Below, in pieces: positions 54,317 through 64,000 of a stretch of 64,000 bases of DNA; position 1 is the stretch's first letter; each line of letters opens with the position of its first letter. The position numbers were made by a program, and so were the translations under genes. The stretch is taken from contig DATFSM010000025.1 in assembly GCA_035262625.1 (NCBI GenBank), positions 3,038-67,037 of the forward strand, given 5' to 3'. This DNA is from Bryobacteraceae bacterium (GTDB taxonomy: Bacteria > Acidobacteriota > Terriglobia > Bryobacterales > Bryobacteraceae). The notes under the pieces are model-generated. The model saw only the letters and a list, made by a program, of their open reading frames with translations, had not been told where the DNA came from and ran no database searches.

Positions 54317-55266
54317 GCCATTACGATATCGGGCCAATGGACCTTACGGGTCTAAACACGATCCCGCTTGCGGAACGCGGCGGGAAGGTGCGCCGCGAGG
54401 ATTTCGCCCGACCGCATCAGCGCGGATCAGGCATTTCGGCTTTTATCTATTCTCTGCCGCGGATACTCGCGGCGGATATGCTGCGTTCTGTTGTGGACGC
54501 GATCGGAAGCGCGCGGGAAACAGGCAAACCGATCATCTGGGGGCTCGGCGGACACGTAATCAAGTGCGGCCTCGCGCCGGTTCTCATCGATCTCATGCGG
54601 CGCGGGTTCGTCACGGCCTTCGCGATGAACGGCTCGGCCTCGATTCACGATTTCGAAATTGCGCTGGCGGGTTGCACGAGCGAGGATGTCGAAGCGGTCC
54701 TCCCTGGTGGGCGCTTCGGAGTCGCGGAAGAGACGGGACGCGAATGGAACCAGGCGCTGGATCCAACCCTGGGTGTTGGCGAAGCGCTGGGTCGAGCACT
54801 CGATCGCTGCGCTGCGCCGGATCATTCAGAGGACAGCATTCTCGTCCAGACGTGGCGCGCCCGCGTACCCGTTACCGTCCACGTGGCGATCGGGACGGAC
54901 ACGCCGCACATGCATCCCGCAGTCGATCCGCAAGCGCTCGGGGCCGCTACGCACAACGATTTCCGCCTCTTCTGCTCTTTAGTCGCACGGCTCAATGGCG
55001 GCGGAGTCTACATCAACGCGGGCTCCGCGGTGGTAATGCCTGAAGTCTTCCTGAAGGCCGTCTCCTGCGTCCGCAATCTGGGCCATGACCTGCGCAACTT
55101 CACTACCGTGAATCTCGATTTTCTGCAGCACTATCGGCCACGCGTCAACGTCGTCGAGCGGCCCCACGCTCTGGCGGGTGGAAGCGGCTACTCGCTCACC
55201 GGCCATCATGAAATTATGATCCCGCTGCTCGCCGCCGCGCTGATCGAGAGGGCCGATGCGGGCTGA
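54313..55266 (+). CDS. hypothetical protein with deoxyhypusine-synthase-like layout
   Basis: The blocks [15 protein letters not shown]...[27 protein letters not shown] and [11 protein letters not shown] loosely parallel DHS-family blocks. This comparison is from memory and carries low certainty. The TTG start overlaps the uvrA stop (an alternative ATG is at 54337). Confidence 0.4.
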   Translation: MSHYDIGPMDLTGLNTIPLAERGGKVRREDFARPHQRGSGISAFIYSLPRILAADMLRSVVDAIGSARETGKPIIWGLGGHVIKCGLAPVLIDLMRRGFVTAFAMNGSASIHDFEIALAGCTSEDVEAVLPGGRFGVAEETGREWNQALDPTLGVGEALGRALDRCAAPDHSEDSILVQTWRARVPVTVHVAIGTDTPHMHPAVDPQALGAATHNDFRLFCSLVARLNGGGVYINAGSAVVMPEVFLKAVSCVRNLGHDLRNFTTVNLDFLQHYRPRVNVVERPHALAGGSGYSLTGHHEIMIPLLAAALIERADAG

Positions 55267-56004
55267 GCCGATGGCACGCGAAGAAGAGTTCGACACATCC
55301 GCCGCGCCTGTCGTGCTGGCCGAGCCCGAGACTCCGTTCTGGGGCTTTGGAGAGGTGTTTCTTTCCGTTGCGATCTTTCTCGTGGCCGTATGGCTCATCG
55401 CCGGAGTGGTCGCAGGCGCGATTCACGACTCGGCGAAGCTCGGATATTGGGTGGTTGCTGAAGAGTTCGCGGCATACGTTGTGTTGTTCGGGATTCTTAA
55501 GATCCTCTTCCAAATGCGCGGGCATCCCCTGTTCGAATCGTTGGGATGGGTGCGGCAGCCGTTCAGCCCCTTGTACCTTGCCGTTATCGGATTCGCCCTC
55601 GTGCTTGTGAGCTTCGCGCTCCAGGTACTACTCAGAACCCCCGATGTCGAAACACCGTTCTCGAAGATGCTCGACAGCGGATTTGCCAGCCGCCTTGCGA
55701 TCTCGCTCTTCGGCGTCACGATTGCGCCCATTGTCGAGGAACTGCTGTTCCGGGGGTTCCTGCAGCCTGTCCTGGTGAGCGCGGCGGGGGTGTTTCCTGG
55801 CATTCTCGCGACATCCGTTCTTTTCGGGGCTGTACACCTGACGCAGAACGCGGGTCTCTGGCAAGCGGGTCTGACCATCACGGTCGCGGGATTCGTCTTC
55901 GGCGTAGTACGCCACATATCCGGCTCCACGCGCGCTTCATCGATCGTTCACATCGCATATAACGTAGTGCCGTTTGTTCTAACGCTTGTGTTTCCCAATT
56001 CCCG

Positions 56005-56008
<4 letters not shown>
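55256..56008 (+). CDS. CPBP-family intramembrane glutamic endopeptidase (CAAX protease-like)
   Basis: [20 protein letters not shown] and HIAYN motifs in a polytopic protein. Confidence 0.85.
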
Positions 56009-57042
<1,034 letters not shown>

Positions 57043-57051
57043 GATAAAGAC

Positions 57052-59280
57052 GTGCCCCCCGCGCAAGGGATAGACGTCCTGCCTGAAGTGTCTCCTGCGC
57101 CCGAAGCGCCTACGTCGCCGCTCGACGCCCGGCTTCAGGCTCTGCTCGCGACCCTTCAGGCGAACCGCCCCAAGGACGATTTCGGGCCTGTAGAGAAGGC
57201 ATACCGGTTCGCCGCTAAGTACCACGCAGGCCAGGTGCGCGCATCGGGTGATCCTTATCTTGCGCATCCGCTGGCTGTCGCCGAGATCCTCGCCGACATG
57301 CGAATGGACGTCGTCAGCGTCGTCACCGGCCTTCTGCACGACATCGTCGAGGACACAACCGTCAGCGTCGCCGACATCCAGAAAGAGTTCGGCGAAGAAG
57401 TCGCGCGGTGCGTCGATGGCGTCACCAAACTAAGCAAGATCGACTTCTTCTCGTCCGAGGACCGGCAGGCGGAGAGCTATCGCAAGATGCTCCTCGCGAT
57501 GGTGAACGATATCCGGGTCATCCTCGTGAAGCTCGCGGACCGCCTGCACAACATGCGAACGCTGGGCGCGCTGAGCCCGGAGCGGCGCGAGCGGATCGCG
57601 CGGGAGACGCTCGAGATCTATGCGCCCATCGCACATCGCCTCGGCATGGGCAAGGTGCGCGGCGAACTCGAAGACCTGGCGTTCCGCTATCTCGACCCCG
57701 AAGCGTTCGCAGAGATCTCGAACACGATCGAGAGCCAGCGCACGGCGAACGAGGCGTTCGTCGAAAAGATGCGCCGCACGGTGGAAGCGGAGCTGCGCCG
57801 AGAGGGAATTCCGGCGCGCGTCGAAGGCCGCGTGAAGCGAGCCTTCTCCGTCTATCAGAAGCTCAAACGGCAGAAGATCTCGATCGATCAGGTGTACGAC
57901 CTGTTCGCGCTCCGGATCATCACGGATTCGGTGAAGAACTGTTACGGCGCGCTCGGCGTGATCCACAATGAGTGGCGCCCGGTGCCAGGGCGGATCAAAG
58001 ACTTCATCGCAATTCCGCGGCCCAATCTGTATCAGTCCCTGCATACGTCGGTCGTCGGCCCTGAAGGGAAGCACTGCGAAATTCAGATCCGTACCGAGGA
58101 GATGCACCGCATCGCGGAAGAAGGCATCGCCGCGCACTGGAAGTACAAGGAAGGCAAACGCGGCGCACAGGACGATCAACGGATCGCGTGGCTGAGGCAG
58201 CTCGTCGAGTGGCAACAGGAGATGCGCGACCCGAGCGACTTCAACTCGACCCTGAAGCTCGATCTCTATCCGGAAGAGGTCTATTGCTTCACCCCCAAGG
58301 GCCGCGTGGTTGTGCTACCCGCGGGAGCGAGCCCGATTGACTTCGCTTACGCAGTGCACTCCGAGGTCGGCAACACCTGCATCGGCGCGAAGATCAACGG
58401 CCGCATCGTGCCGCTGCGGTACATCCTGAAGAACGGCGATATCGTCGACATCCTGACGCAGTCGGGCCATCAGCCGAGCAAGGATTGGCTCGCGATCGTC
58501 AAGACTTCGCGAGCGCGCAACAAGATCAAGCACCTGATCAACGCCAACGAACGTGAGCGCGCGATCGAGATCGGGCAGAAGTACCTGGAGAAGGAAGCCC
58601 GTCGCCTGGGAGTTCAGCTTGCGCGTATCCAGCGGACTGAGCTGGAGCGCGTGTCGGCCGAATACGGGATGGGCAAGGTCGAGGACCTTTACGCCGCCCT
58701 CGGATACGGCAAGTTCTCGGCGCGCCAGGTGCTGCAGAATGCCGCTCCCGACGCGCTTGTGGAAGAGCCGGCTGCTCCGGCGCCGCAGACGGAAGCGCCC
58801 GCGCCCGGTCAGCGCAAGGATGACGACTCGGTCATCAAGGTTCACGGCCTGGAAGACGTGCTGGTCTACCGAGCCAAGTGCTGCAATCCGATCAAGGGCG
58901 ATGCGATCGTGGGCTACGTGACGCGCGGCAAGGGAATAGCGGTGCACTCGCGCGCCTGCCCCAACGTGCAGAACCTGATGTACGACTCCGAGCGCAAGAT
59001 CGAAGTCGAATGGGAGCGCAACACGAAGGACACGTTCCCGGTGCGGATCGTGGTCCGTACGGACGATCGTCCCGGTCTCCTGCATCAGCTCACCACCGTA
59101 TTGGCGAACGAGAACACCAATGTCCGCAGTCTGGAAGCGAAAGCGGACTTCGCGAGCGGCGATGCGGCATCGGTCGAGATGACGGTTGACGTTCGCGACA
59201 AGAAGCAACTCGAAAAGCTCTGCCTAGCGATGCGCCGCATCTCCGGTGTGCGCGACGTAGAGCGAACAAACCATACATGA
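57052..59280 (+). CDS. rel: bifunctional (p)ppGpp synthetase/hydrolase
   Basis: HD hydrolase domain (LLHDIVEDT), synthetase block (RIKDFIAIPRPNLYQSLHT), and TGS and ACT C-terminal domains. GTG start. Confidence 0.96.
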   Translation: MPPAQGIDVLPEVSPAPEAPTSPLDARLQALLATLQANRPKDDFGPVEKAYRFAAKYHAGQVRASGDPYLAHPLAVAEILADMRMDVVSVVTGLLHDIVEDTTVSVADIQKEFGEEVARCVDGVTKLSKIDFFSSEDRQAESYRKMLLAMVNDIRVILVKLADRLHNMRTLGALSPERRERIARETLEIYAPIAHRLGMGKVRGELEDLAFRYLDPEAFAEISNTIESQRTANEAFVEKMRRTVEAELRREGIPARVEGRVKRAFSVYQKLKRQKISIDQVYDLFALRIITDSVKNCYGALGVIHNEWRPVPGRIKDFIAIPRPNLYQSLHTSVVGPEGKHCEIQIRTEEMHRIAEEGIAAHWKYKEGKRGAQDDQRIAWLRQLVEWQQEMRDPSDFNSTLKLDLYPEEVYCFTPKGRVVVLPAGASPIDFAYAVHSEVGNTCIGAKINGRIVPLRYILKNGDIVDILTQSGHQPSKDWLAIVKTSRARNKIKHLINANERERAIEIGQKYLEKEARRLGVQLARIQRTELERVSAEYGMGKVEDLYAALGYGKFSARQVLQNAAPDALVEEPAAPAPQTEAPAPGQRKDDDSVIKVHGLEDVLVYRAKCCNPIKGDAIVGYVTRGKGIAVHSRACPNVQNLMYDSERKIEVEWERNTKDTFPVRIVVRTDDRPGLLHQLTTVLANENTNVRSLEAKADFASGDAASVEMTVDVRDKKQLEKLCLAMRRISGVRDVERTNHT

Positions 59281-59630
59281 ACCGCAACGACCCTGAACAC
59301 ATCGCGGTCTCGAAATCCAAGGGCATCGAGATCGACTGGAAGGACGGCCATCACAGCTCGTACGGCGCGACCTACCTGCGCGACTGGTGCCCGTGCGCAA
59401 GCTGCACCGGCTCCCACGGCACAGAGCCGCGCAAGAAGAGCACCGAACAGCCGGCGAACCCGTTCCAGATGTACACGCCGAAGCTGAAGATGCTGAACAT
59501 CGAGCCCGCAGGCAACTACGCGATCCGCATCGCCTGGAATGACGGTCATGACACGGGCATTTACTCGTATGACCATCTGCGCGAGATTTGCCCGTGCGAC
59601 CAATGCAAGACGGCGAAGCAGACCGCATGA
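59277..59630 (+). CDS. DUF971 (gamma-butyrobetaine-hydroxylase-N-terminal-like) protein
   Basis: The pattern is duplicated: IEIDWKDGHHSSYGATYLRDWCPCASC and YAIRIAWNDGHDTGIYSYDHLREICPCDQC. ATGA overlaps at both ends. Confidence 0.85.
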   Translation: MNRNDPEHIAVSKSKGIEIDWKDGHHSSYGATYLRDWCPCASCTGSHGTEPRKKSTEQPANPFQMYTPKLKMLNIEPAGNYAIRIAWNDGHDTGIYSYDHLREICPCDQCKTAKQTA

Positions 59631-60340
59631 AGAGGGTCGCGATCGTCGAGGACGAGGTGGAACTCGCCACCCTGATCGACTACAACCTCTCTCGCGGCGG
59701 TTTCCAGACGCGCGTGTTCAGCGGCGGCGACGATACGCTGCGCGGTCTCGAAGCCTGGCAGCCCGATCTCATCGTGCTGGACGTAATGCTTCCCGGCCAG
59801 GACGGCTTCGCGTTGTGCCGACGCATGCGGCAGGGCGAGAAGCTCACGCGCACGCCGATCATGTTCCTGACGGCGCGGTCTGATGAAGTCGACCGTGTGC
59901 TCGGGCTCGAGATCGGCGGCGATGACTACATGACCAAGCCGTTCAGCCCCCGCGAGCTGGTGGCGCGGGTCAAGGCGCATCTGCGGCGCAGCGAGCCGGA
60001 GGCTCCGCCGAAGCCGTCGGAACTCAACGTCGGCGCGCTTCGCATCGACCTCGGCGCGCGGCGCGTCTATCAAGGCGATCGAGAGATCGAACTGACGTCA
60101 ACCGAGTTCAAGCTGCTGGAGTTCTTCGTGGCGCACCCGGGGCGCGCCTGGTCGCGCGACCAATTGCTCCGCGAGGTCTGGGGCGAGCAGCACTTCGTCA
60201 CGCCGCGGACAGTGGACGTGCACATCCGCCGTCTTCGGGAGCAGATCGAGGAGAAGCCCGACGAGCCCGTCTGGCTCGTGACGGTGCGTGGCTTCGGATA
60301 TCGGTTCGAAGCCCCGAAGAATCAGGCCGTCCAGCAGTAG
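59627..60340 (+). CDS. OmpR/PhoB-family response regulator (no cognate kinase adjacent)
   Basis: The ATG at 59627 gives MKRVAIVEDE. Receiver domain (DLIVLDVMLPGQDG) plus a winged-helix domain (LTSTEFKLLEFF...VDVHIRRLR...VRGFGYRF). Confidence 0.93.
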   Translation: MKRVAIVEDEVELATLIDYNLSRGGFQTRVFSGGDDTLRGLEAWQPDLIVLDVMLPGQDGFALCRRMRQGEKLTRTPIMFLTARSDEVDRVLGLEIGGDDYMTKPFSPRELVARVKAHLRRSEPEAPPKPSELNVGALRIDLGARRVYQGDREIELTSTEFKLLEFFVAHPGRAWSRDQLLREVWGEQHFVTPRTVDVHIRRLREQIEEKPDEPVWLVTVRGFGYRFEAPKNQAVQQ

Positions 60341-61938
60341 TCGGCGATGGCCTTTTCGGAGGCGCTGTCGCTGTCGAGCAGGCGCATCAGTTCGAGCTGG
60401 AGCGCGGTGACCATGGCTTCCCAGCTCGCTCCGATCACGTCTTCGGAGACGCCCACGGTAGACCAGCTTCGCTGGTGATCCGACCATTCGACCAGCACGC
60501 GAACCTTGGCAGCGGTGCCTTTGCCGGAGTCGAGAACGCGGACCTTGTAATCGGTCAGGCGGACTTCGCTTACGCCGGGCAGCGAGGAAAGACACTTGCG
60601 AAGGCAGGTGTCGAGGGCGTTCACAGGCCCGTGACCATGCGCGGTTTCGATGTGGTCGCCGGCGCGCGTGCCGATACGGACCGTGGCTGTAGCGCGGGTC
60701 TGTTTCGCTCCGCCGCCAACGATCATCACTTCGTAACCCTGGACATCGAAGAACTGCGCGCCGAGGTTAAGCGCCTGGCGGATGAAGAGTTCGAAGGTAC
60801 CGTCCGCCGCCTCGAGGTCGTAGCCCTGATATTCGGCTTCCTTGACTCGGTCGACAAGGGCGCGCCGCGCGTCAGCCGCGAGACGGTCCGCGAGGTCCGG
60901 GTACTCGCGCAGCATGTAGTCAACGTTGCTGCGTCCGGCGAGGTCGCTCACGAGAACGCGCTGGCGGTTACCGACGACATCGGGCGAGATGTGTTCGTAG
61001 GTTGAGGAATCCTTCAGGACCGCGCTGACGTGAATGCCGCCTTTGTGGGCAAAGGCGCTTTGGCCGACGAACGCCTGGCCGCGCGCGATCTGAAGGTTCG
61101 CCAACTCCGCGATGTAGCGGGCGGTGGCGGTGAGCTTGCGAAGATTCTCGGCGCCAATGGTTTCGTGGCCGAGCTTCAATTCGAGGTTGGCGATGACGCT
61201 TCCGAGATTGGCGTTTCCGCAACGCTCTCCATAGCCATTGAGGCAGCCCTGCACATGGGTCGCACCTTCGCGAACGGCCGCGAGCGAGTTGGAAACGGCG
61301 ACATCGGAATCATTGTGCGTGTGGATTCCGATCACGCCATCGAAGCGCGCTCGGACATCGGCCACGATCTGGGACAGGAACTCGGTCATAGTGCCGCCGT
61401 TCGTGTCGCAGAGACAGAGCACGTCGGCTCCGGCGGTCTTGGCGGCTTCCAGCGTTTGAAGCGCGTATTCGCGGTTGTTGATGTAGCCGTCGAAGAAGTG
61501 CTCGGCATCGTAGACGACTTCCTTGCCGTGCTTCTTCAGGTACGCGACCGTCTCCGAGATCAGCTTCAGGTTGTCTTCGAGCGGAATGCCTAACGCGCGG
61601 TGAACGTGGTAATCCCAGGTTTTGCCGAAGATGGCGACGACCGGCGTGCCCGCATCGACGAGCTCGCGCACGTTGCGGTCTTCCTCGACCGGGTTCCTCG
61701 CGAAGCGCGTCGAGCCGAACGCCGTGAGCTTCGCGTGCTTCAGCTTCAGCTTCAGGGCGCGTGCGCGCAGGAAGAATTCGCGATCCCGGGGGTTGGAACC
61801 CGGCCATCCGCCTTCAATGTAGTCGATTCCCAACTCGTCGAGCTTCTGGGCAATGGAGAGTTTGTCCTCCACCGAGAAGGAGACGGCTTCGCCCTGCGTG
61901 CCGTCCCGGAGCGTAGTATCGAATGTTTGAATGCGCAT
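60322..61938 (-). CDS. cimA: citramalate synthase (LeuA-related)
   Basis: Near-colinear with Geobacter CimA as I recall it: DTTLRDGTQ, IEGGWPGSNP.D, GIHTHND, FAHKGGIHVSA and DYKVRVL......A.VRVL. Confidence 0.88.
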   Translation of the reverse strand: MRIQTFDTTLRDGTQGEAVSFSVEDKLSIAQKLDELGIDYIEGGWPGSNPRDREFFLRARALKLKLKHAKLTAFGSTRFARNPVEEDRNVRELVDAGTPVVAIFGKTWDYHVHRALGIPLEDNLKLISETVAYLKKHGKEVVYDAEHFFDGYINNREYALQTLEAAKTAGADVLCLCDTNGGTMTEFLSQIVADVRARFDGVIGIHTHNDSDVAVSNSLAAVREGATHVQGCLNGYGERCGNANLGSVIANLELKLGHETIGAENLRKLTATARYIAELANLQIARGQAFVGQSAFAHKGGIHVSAVLKDSSTYEHISPDVVGNRQRVLVSDLAGRSNVDYMLREYPDLADRLAADARRALVDRVKEAEYQGYDLEAADGTFELFIRQALNLGAQFFDVQGYEVMIVGGGAKQTRATATVRIGTRAGDHIETAHGHGPVNALDTCLRKCLSSLPGVSEVRLTDYKVRVLDSGKGTAAKVRVLVEWSDHQRSWSTVGVSEDVIGASWEAMVTALQLELMRLLDSDSASEKAIADYCWTA

Positions 61939-61950
61939 GGCCGGTTTGTT

Positions 61951-62973
61951 TCAGGCGGTTGTTGGTACGCCCTGTTCTTTCTTCTTTTTGAGGAAGGTCA
62001 TCATCGAGCGGAGCTCTTCACCAACCGTTTCGATGAGCTGACCGTGTTGTGATTCCCGCATCTTCAGGAAGCTGTGACGGCCGGACTTGTTTTCGCCGAT
62101 CCACTGCTTCGCGAATTCGCCGGACTGGATTTCGGCGAGGATGCGCTTCATTTCGGCGCGCGTCTCATCATTCACGATGCGCGGACCGCGCGTGTAGTCG
62201 CCATATTCGGCGGTGTCCGACACCGAGTAGCGCATGTAGTTGAGACCGCCTTCGTAGATGAGGTCCACGATGAGCTTGAGTTCGTGGAGGCACTCGAAGT
62301 AAGCAATCTCCGGAGCGTAACCGGCGTCGACCAGCGTCTGGAAGCCTGCGCGGATCAGTTCAGCGGTTCCACCGCAGAGAACGGCCTGCTCGCCGAAGAG
62401 GTCGCTTTCGGTCTCTTCGCGGAAGGAGGTTTCGAGAACACCGGCGCGCATGGAACCGAGACCGGTCGCATAGGCGAGAGCGTTCTGAAGCGCCTTGCCG
62501 CTCGCGTCCTGCGCGACGGCGACGAGCGAGGGAACGCCTGACCCTTCGGTGAAGACTTCGCGGACGCGATGACCGGGCGCCTTGGGGGCAACCATGGAAA
62601 CGTCCACACCAGAGGGCGGCTTGATGGCTCCGAAGTGAATACTGAAGCCATGCGCAAACATCAGGGTCCTGCCGGGGGTCAGGTGCGGCGCGATGTCCTT
62701 CTCGTAGAGGTCCGCCTGGATGTGATCCGGGGTGAGGATCATGATCGTGTCGGCGACCTTCGCGGCTTCGGCGGTGTCGAGCACCGTGAGCCCCGCGGAC
62801 TTCGCCTTCGCGACGCTCTTGCTGTTCGCGGGCAGGCCGACCACAACGTCAAGGCCGGAATCGCGAAGGTTCAGCGCGTGCGCGTGCCCCTGGCTGCCGT
62901 AGCCAATGATGGCGATCTTCTTGCCCTTAAGGGGCTCGATGTTTGCGTCTTTTTCGTAATATCGTTTGATCAT
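61951..62973 (-). CDS. ilvC: ketol-acid reductoisomerase
   Basis: [37 protein letters not shown]. Confidence 0.97.
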   Translation of the reverse strand: MIKRYYEKDANIEPLKGKKIAIIGYGSQGHAHALNLRDSGLDVVVGLPANSKSVAKAKSAGLTVLDTAEAAKVADTIMILTPDHIQADLYEKDIAPHLTPGRTLMFAHGFSIHFGAIKPPSGVDVSMVAPKAPGHRVREVFTEGSGVPSLVAVAQDASGKALQNALAYATGLGSMRAGVLETSFREETESDLFGEQAVLCGGTAELIRAGFQTLVDAGYAPEIAYFECLHELKLIVDLIYEGGLNYMRYSVSDTAEYGDYTRGPRIVNDETRAEMKRILAEIQSGEFAKQWIGENKSGRHSFLKMRESQHGQLIETVGEELRSMMTFLKKKKEQGVPTTA

Positions 62974-63531
62974 TTAGAGAGTCCTTTGAGCGGGCGATGC
63001 CGTCTGCCCCACCTCATTCAGCGCTACAGGGGGCTGGAGGCGGATCTTCTTTCCTTCGAGCGACATGGCCACGCCTCCGGACCGCGTCACTTCAATTTCG
63101 CCATAACTGCGCATGATGGCGACGAATTCATCGAGCTTCTCGGGATCGCCGGTGGCTTCGAGCGCGAAGCCCTCAGTGGATGAATCGACCACGCGCGCGT
63201 GGAAGATTTCGGCTTCCTTCAGGACCGCGGTGCGGGTGTTCTGATCGCAGCGCACGCGCAGCAGAATCATCTCGCGGATCACGGCGGGCGCATCGGTCAG
63301 ATCTGTCGCCTGAAGGACGTTCACCAGCTTGTTCATCTGCTTAACGACCTGACTGCGGAGCCGGTCTTCCACTTCGACTCCGATGGTCATGCGCGAAAGC
63401 TCCGGATCGATGGTTTTCGCGACCGTGAGCGTTTCGATGTTGTAGCCGCGCGCCGAAAGCACGCCGGTAACGCGCAGCAGCGCGCCGGGCTTGTTCTCAA
63501 GAAGGATGGAGATTGTCAGGAGCATGTTCAA
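62974..63531 (-). CDS. ilvN: acetolactate synthase small (regulatory) subunit
   Basis: ACT domain ISILLENKPGALLRVTGVLSARGYNIETLTV. It directly abuts the ilvC start (TAAATG). Confidence 0.93.
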   Translation of the reverse strand: MNMLLTISILLENKPGALLRVTGVLSARGYNIETLTVAKTIDPELSRMTIGVEVEDRLRSQVVKQMNKLVNVLQATDLTDAPAVIREMILLRVRCDQNTRTAVLKEAEIFHARVVDSSTEGFALEATGDPEKLDEFVAIMRSYGEIEVTRSGGVAMSLEGKKIRLQPPVALNEVGQTASPAQRTL

Positions 63532-63534
63532 TTC

Positions 63535-64000
63535 CTACGCGGTCACGGGTTGAGGCGGTCCGAAGACCATTTCGCTGATGGAGCCACCCGCGGGCACCAT
63601 GGGATAAACGTTTTCCTCGGGCGAGACTTTCACGTTGAGCAGGTAAGGACCGGGGTAATCGATCGCCTGCTGGAGCGCTTTGGTCAATTCCTGCGGCTTT
63701 TCGATGGTGCGCCCTTCGAAGCCGTAGGCTGAGGCGAGCTTTTCGGCGTCCGGGAAGCAATCGAGCGTGACGGCGCTGAGGCGGTTGTTATAGAAGAGCG
63801 TCTGCCACTGCCGGACCATCCCGAGGTAGCCGTTGTTCATGATGATGATTTTGACTGGGAGCCCCTGACTCGCGATGGTGGCGAGTTCGGGAATGGCCAT
63901 CTGGAATCCGCCGTCGCCGCATATGGCGAAGACGAGCTTATCGGGGCGGGCCATCTGGGCTCCCATTGCCGCGGGAACGCCAAAGCCCATCGCGCCGAGA
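63535..64000 (-). CDS. ilvB: acetolactate synthase large subunit, C-terminal part (continues beyond the window)
   Basis: TPP-binding block GAMGFGVPAAMGA...CGDGGFQM...ELAT....LPVKIIIMNNGYLGMVRQWQ. The frame stays open to nt 64000. Confidence 0.93.
   Translation of the reverse strand, partial: LGAMGFGVPAAMGAQMARPDKLVFAICGDGGFQMAIPELATIASQGLPVKIIIMNNGYLGMVRQWQTLFYNNRLSAVTLDCFPDAEKLASAYGFEGRTIEKPQELTKALQQAIDYPGPYLLNVKVSPEENVYPMVPAGGSISEMVFGPPQPVTA

Overview
Gene-dense, high-GC chromosomal segment with about 57 protein genes, almost all with 0-100 nt spacers and many 1-4 nt start/stop overlaps. I found no rRNA, tRNA, CRISPR array, transposase, integrase or phage gene. Gene content points to an Acidobacteriota genome (inference): two 'VWFA-related Acidobacterial domain' proteins, a PEP-CTERM protein, an FG-GAP/ASPIC-UnbV protein, a YncE-phosphoesterase fusion, and many zinc-ribbon, BON and HEAT orphans. 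Most of the window is housekeeping: rsmA, mtaB, hemA, alaS, nadE, tig, uvrA, mtnA, rel, rluD and cimA-ilvC-ilvN-ilvB. The rest comprises an ECF sigma/anti-sigma pair, a NarL-type two-component system, an orphan OmpR-type regulator, an RND efflux cluster and secreted hydrolases. I did not find a convincing new defence-like or mobile system. The points most worth follow-up are: (1) a VWFA gene interrupted by one in-frame TAG at a conserved Tyr; (2) a collapsed PoxB-like TPP-enzyme remnant readable in three frames; (3) a non-canonical, tightly coupled RND > MFP > 56-codon TM ORF > FAD-oxidase > MFS gene string with no outer-membrane factor; (4) a translationally coupled mtaB > HEAT > TPP-enzyme string; (5) a uvrA > DHS-like > CPBP > mtnA > rel > DUF971 > response-regulator chain of overlapping genes; (6) the only long non-coding stretch (37589-37945), which is AT-richer and carries a GACAA/TTGTC repeat array and hairpins; (7) a low-GC dip covering ypdA and two small genes, one of which (lmo0937-family, 56 aa) is absent from the ORF track. 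All family calls rest on motif and architecture recognition by eye, not on database searches.
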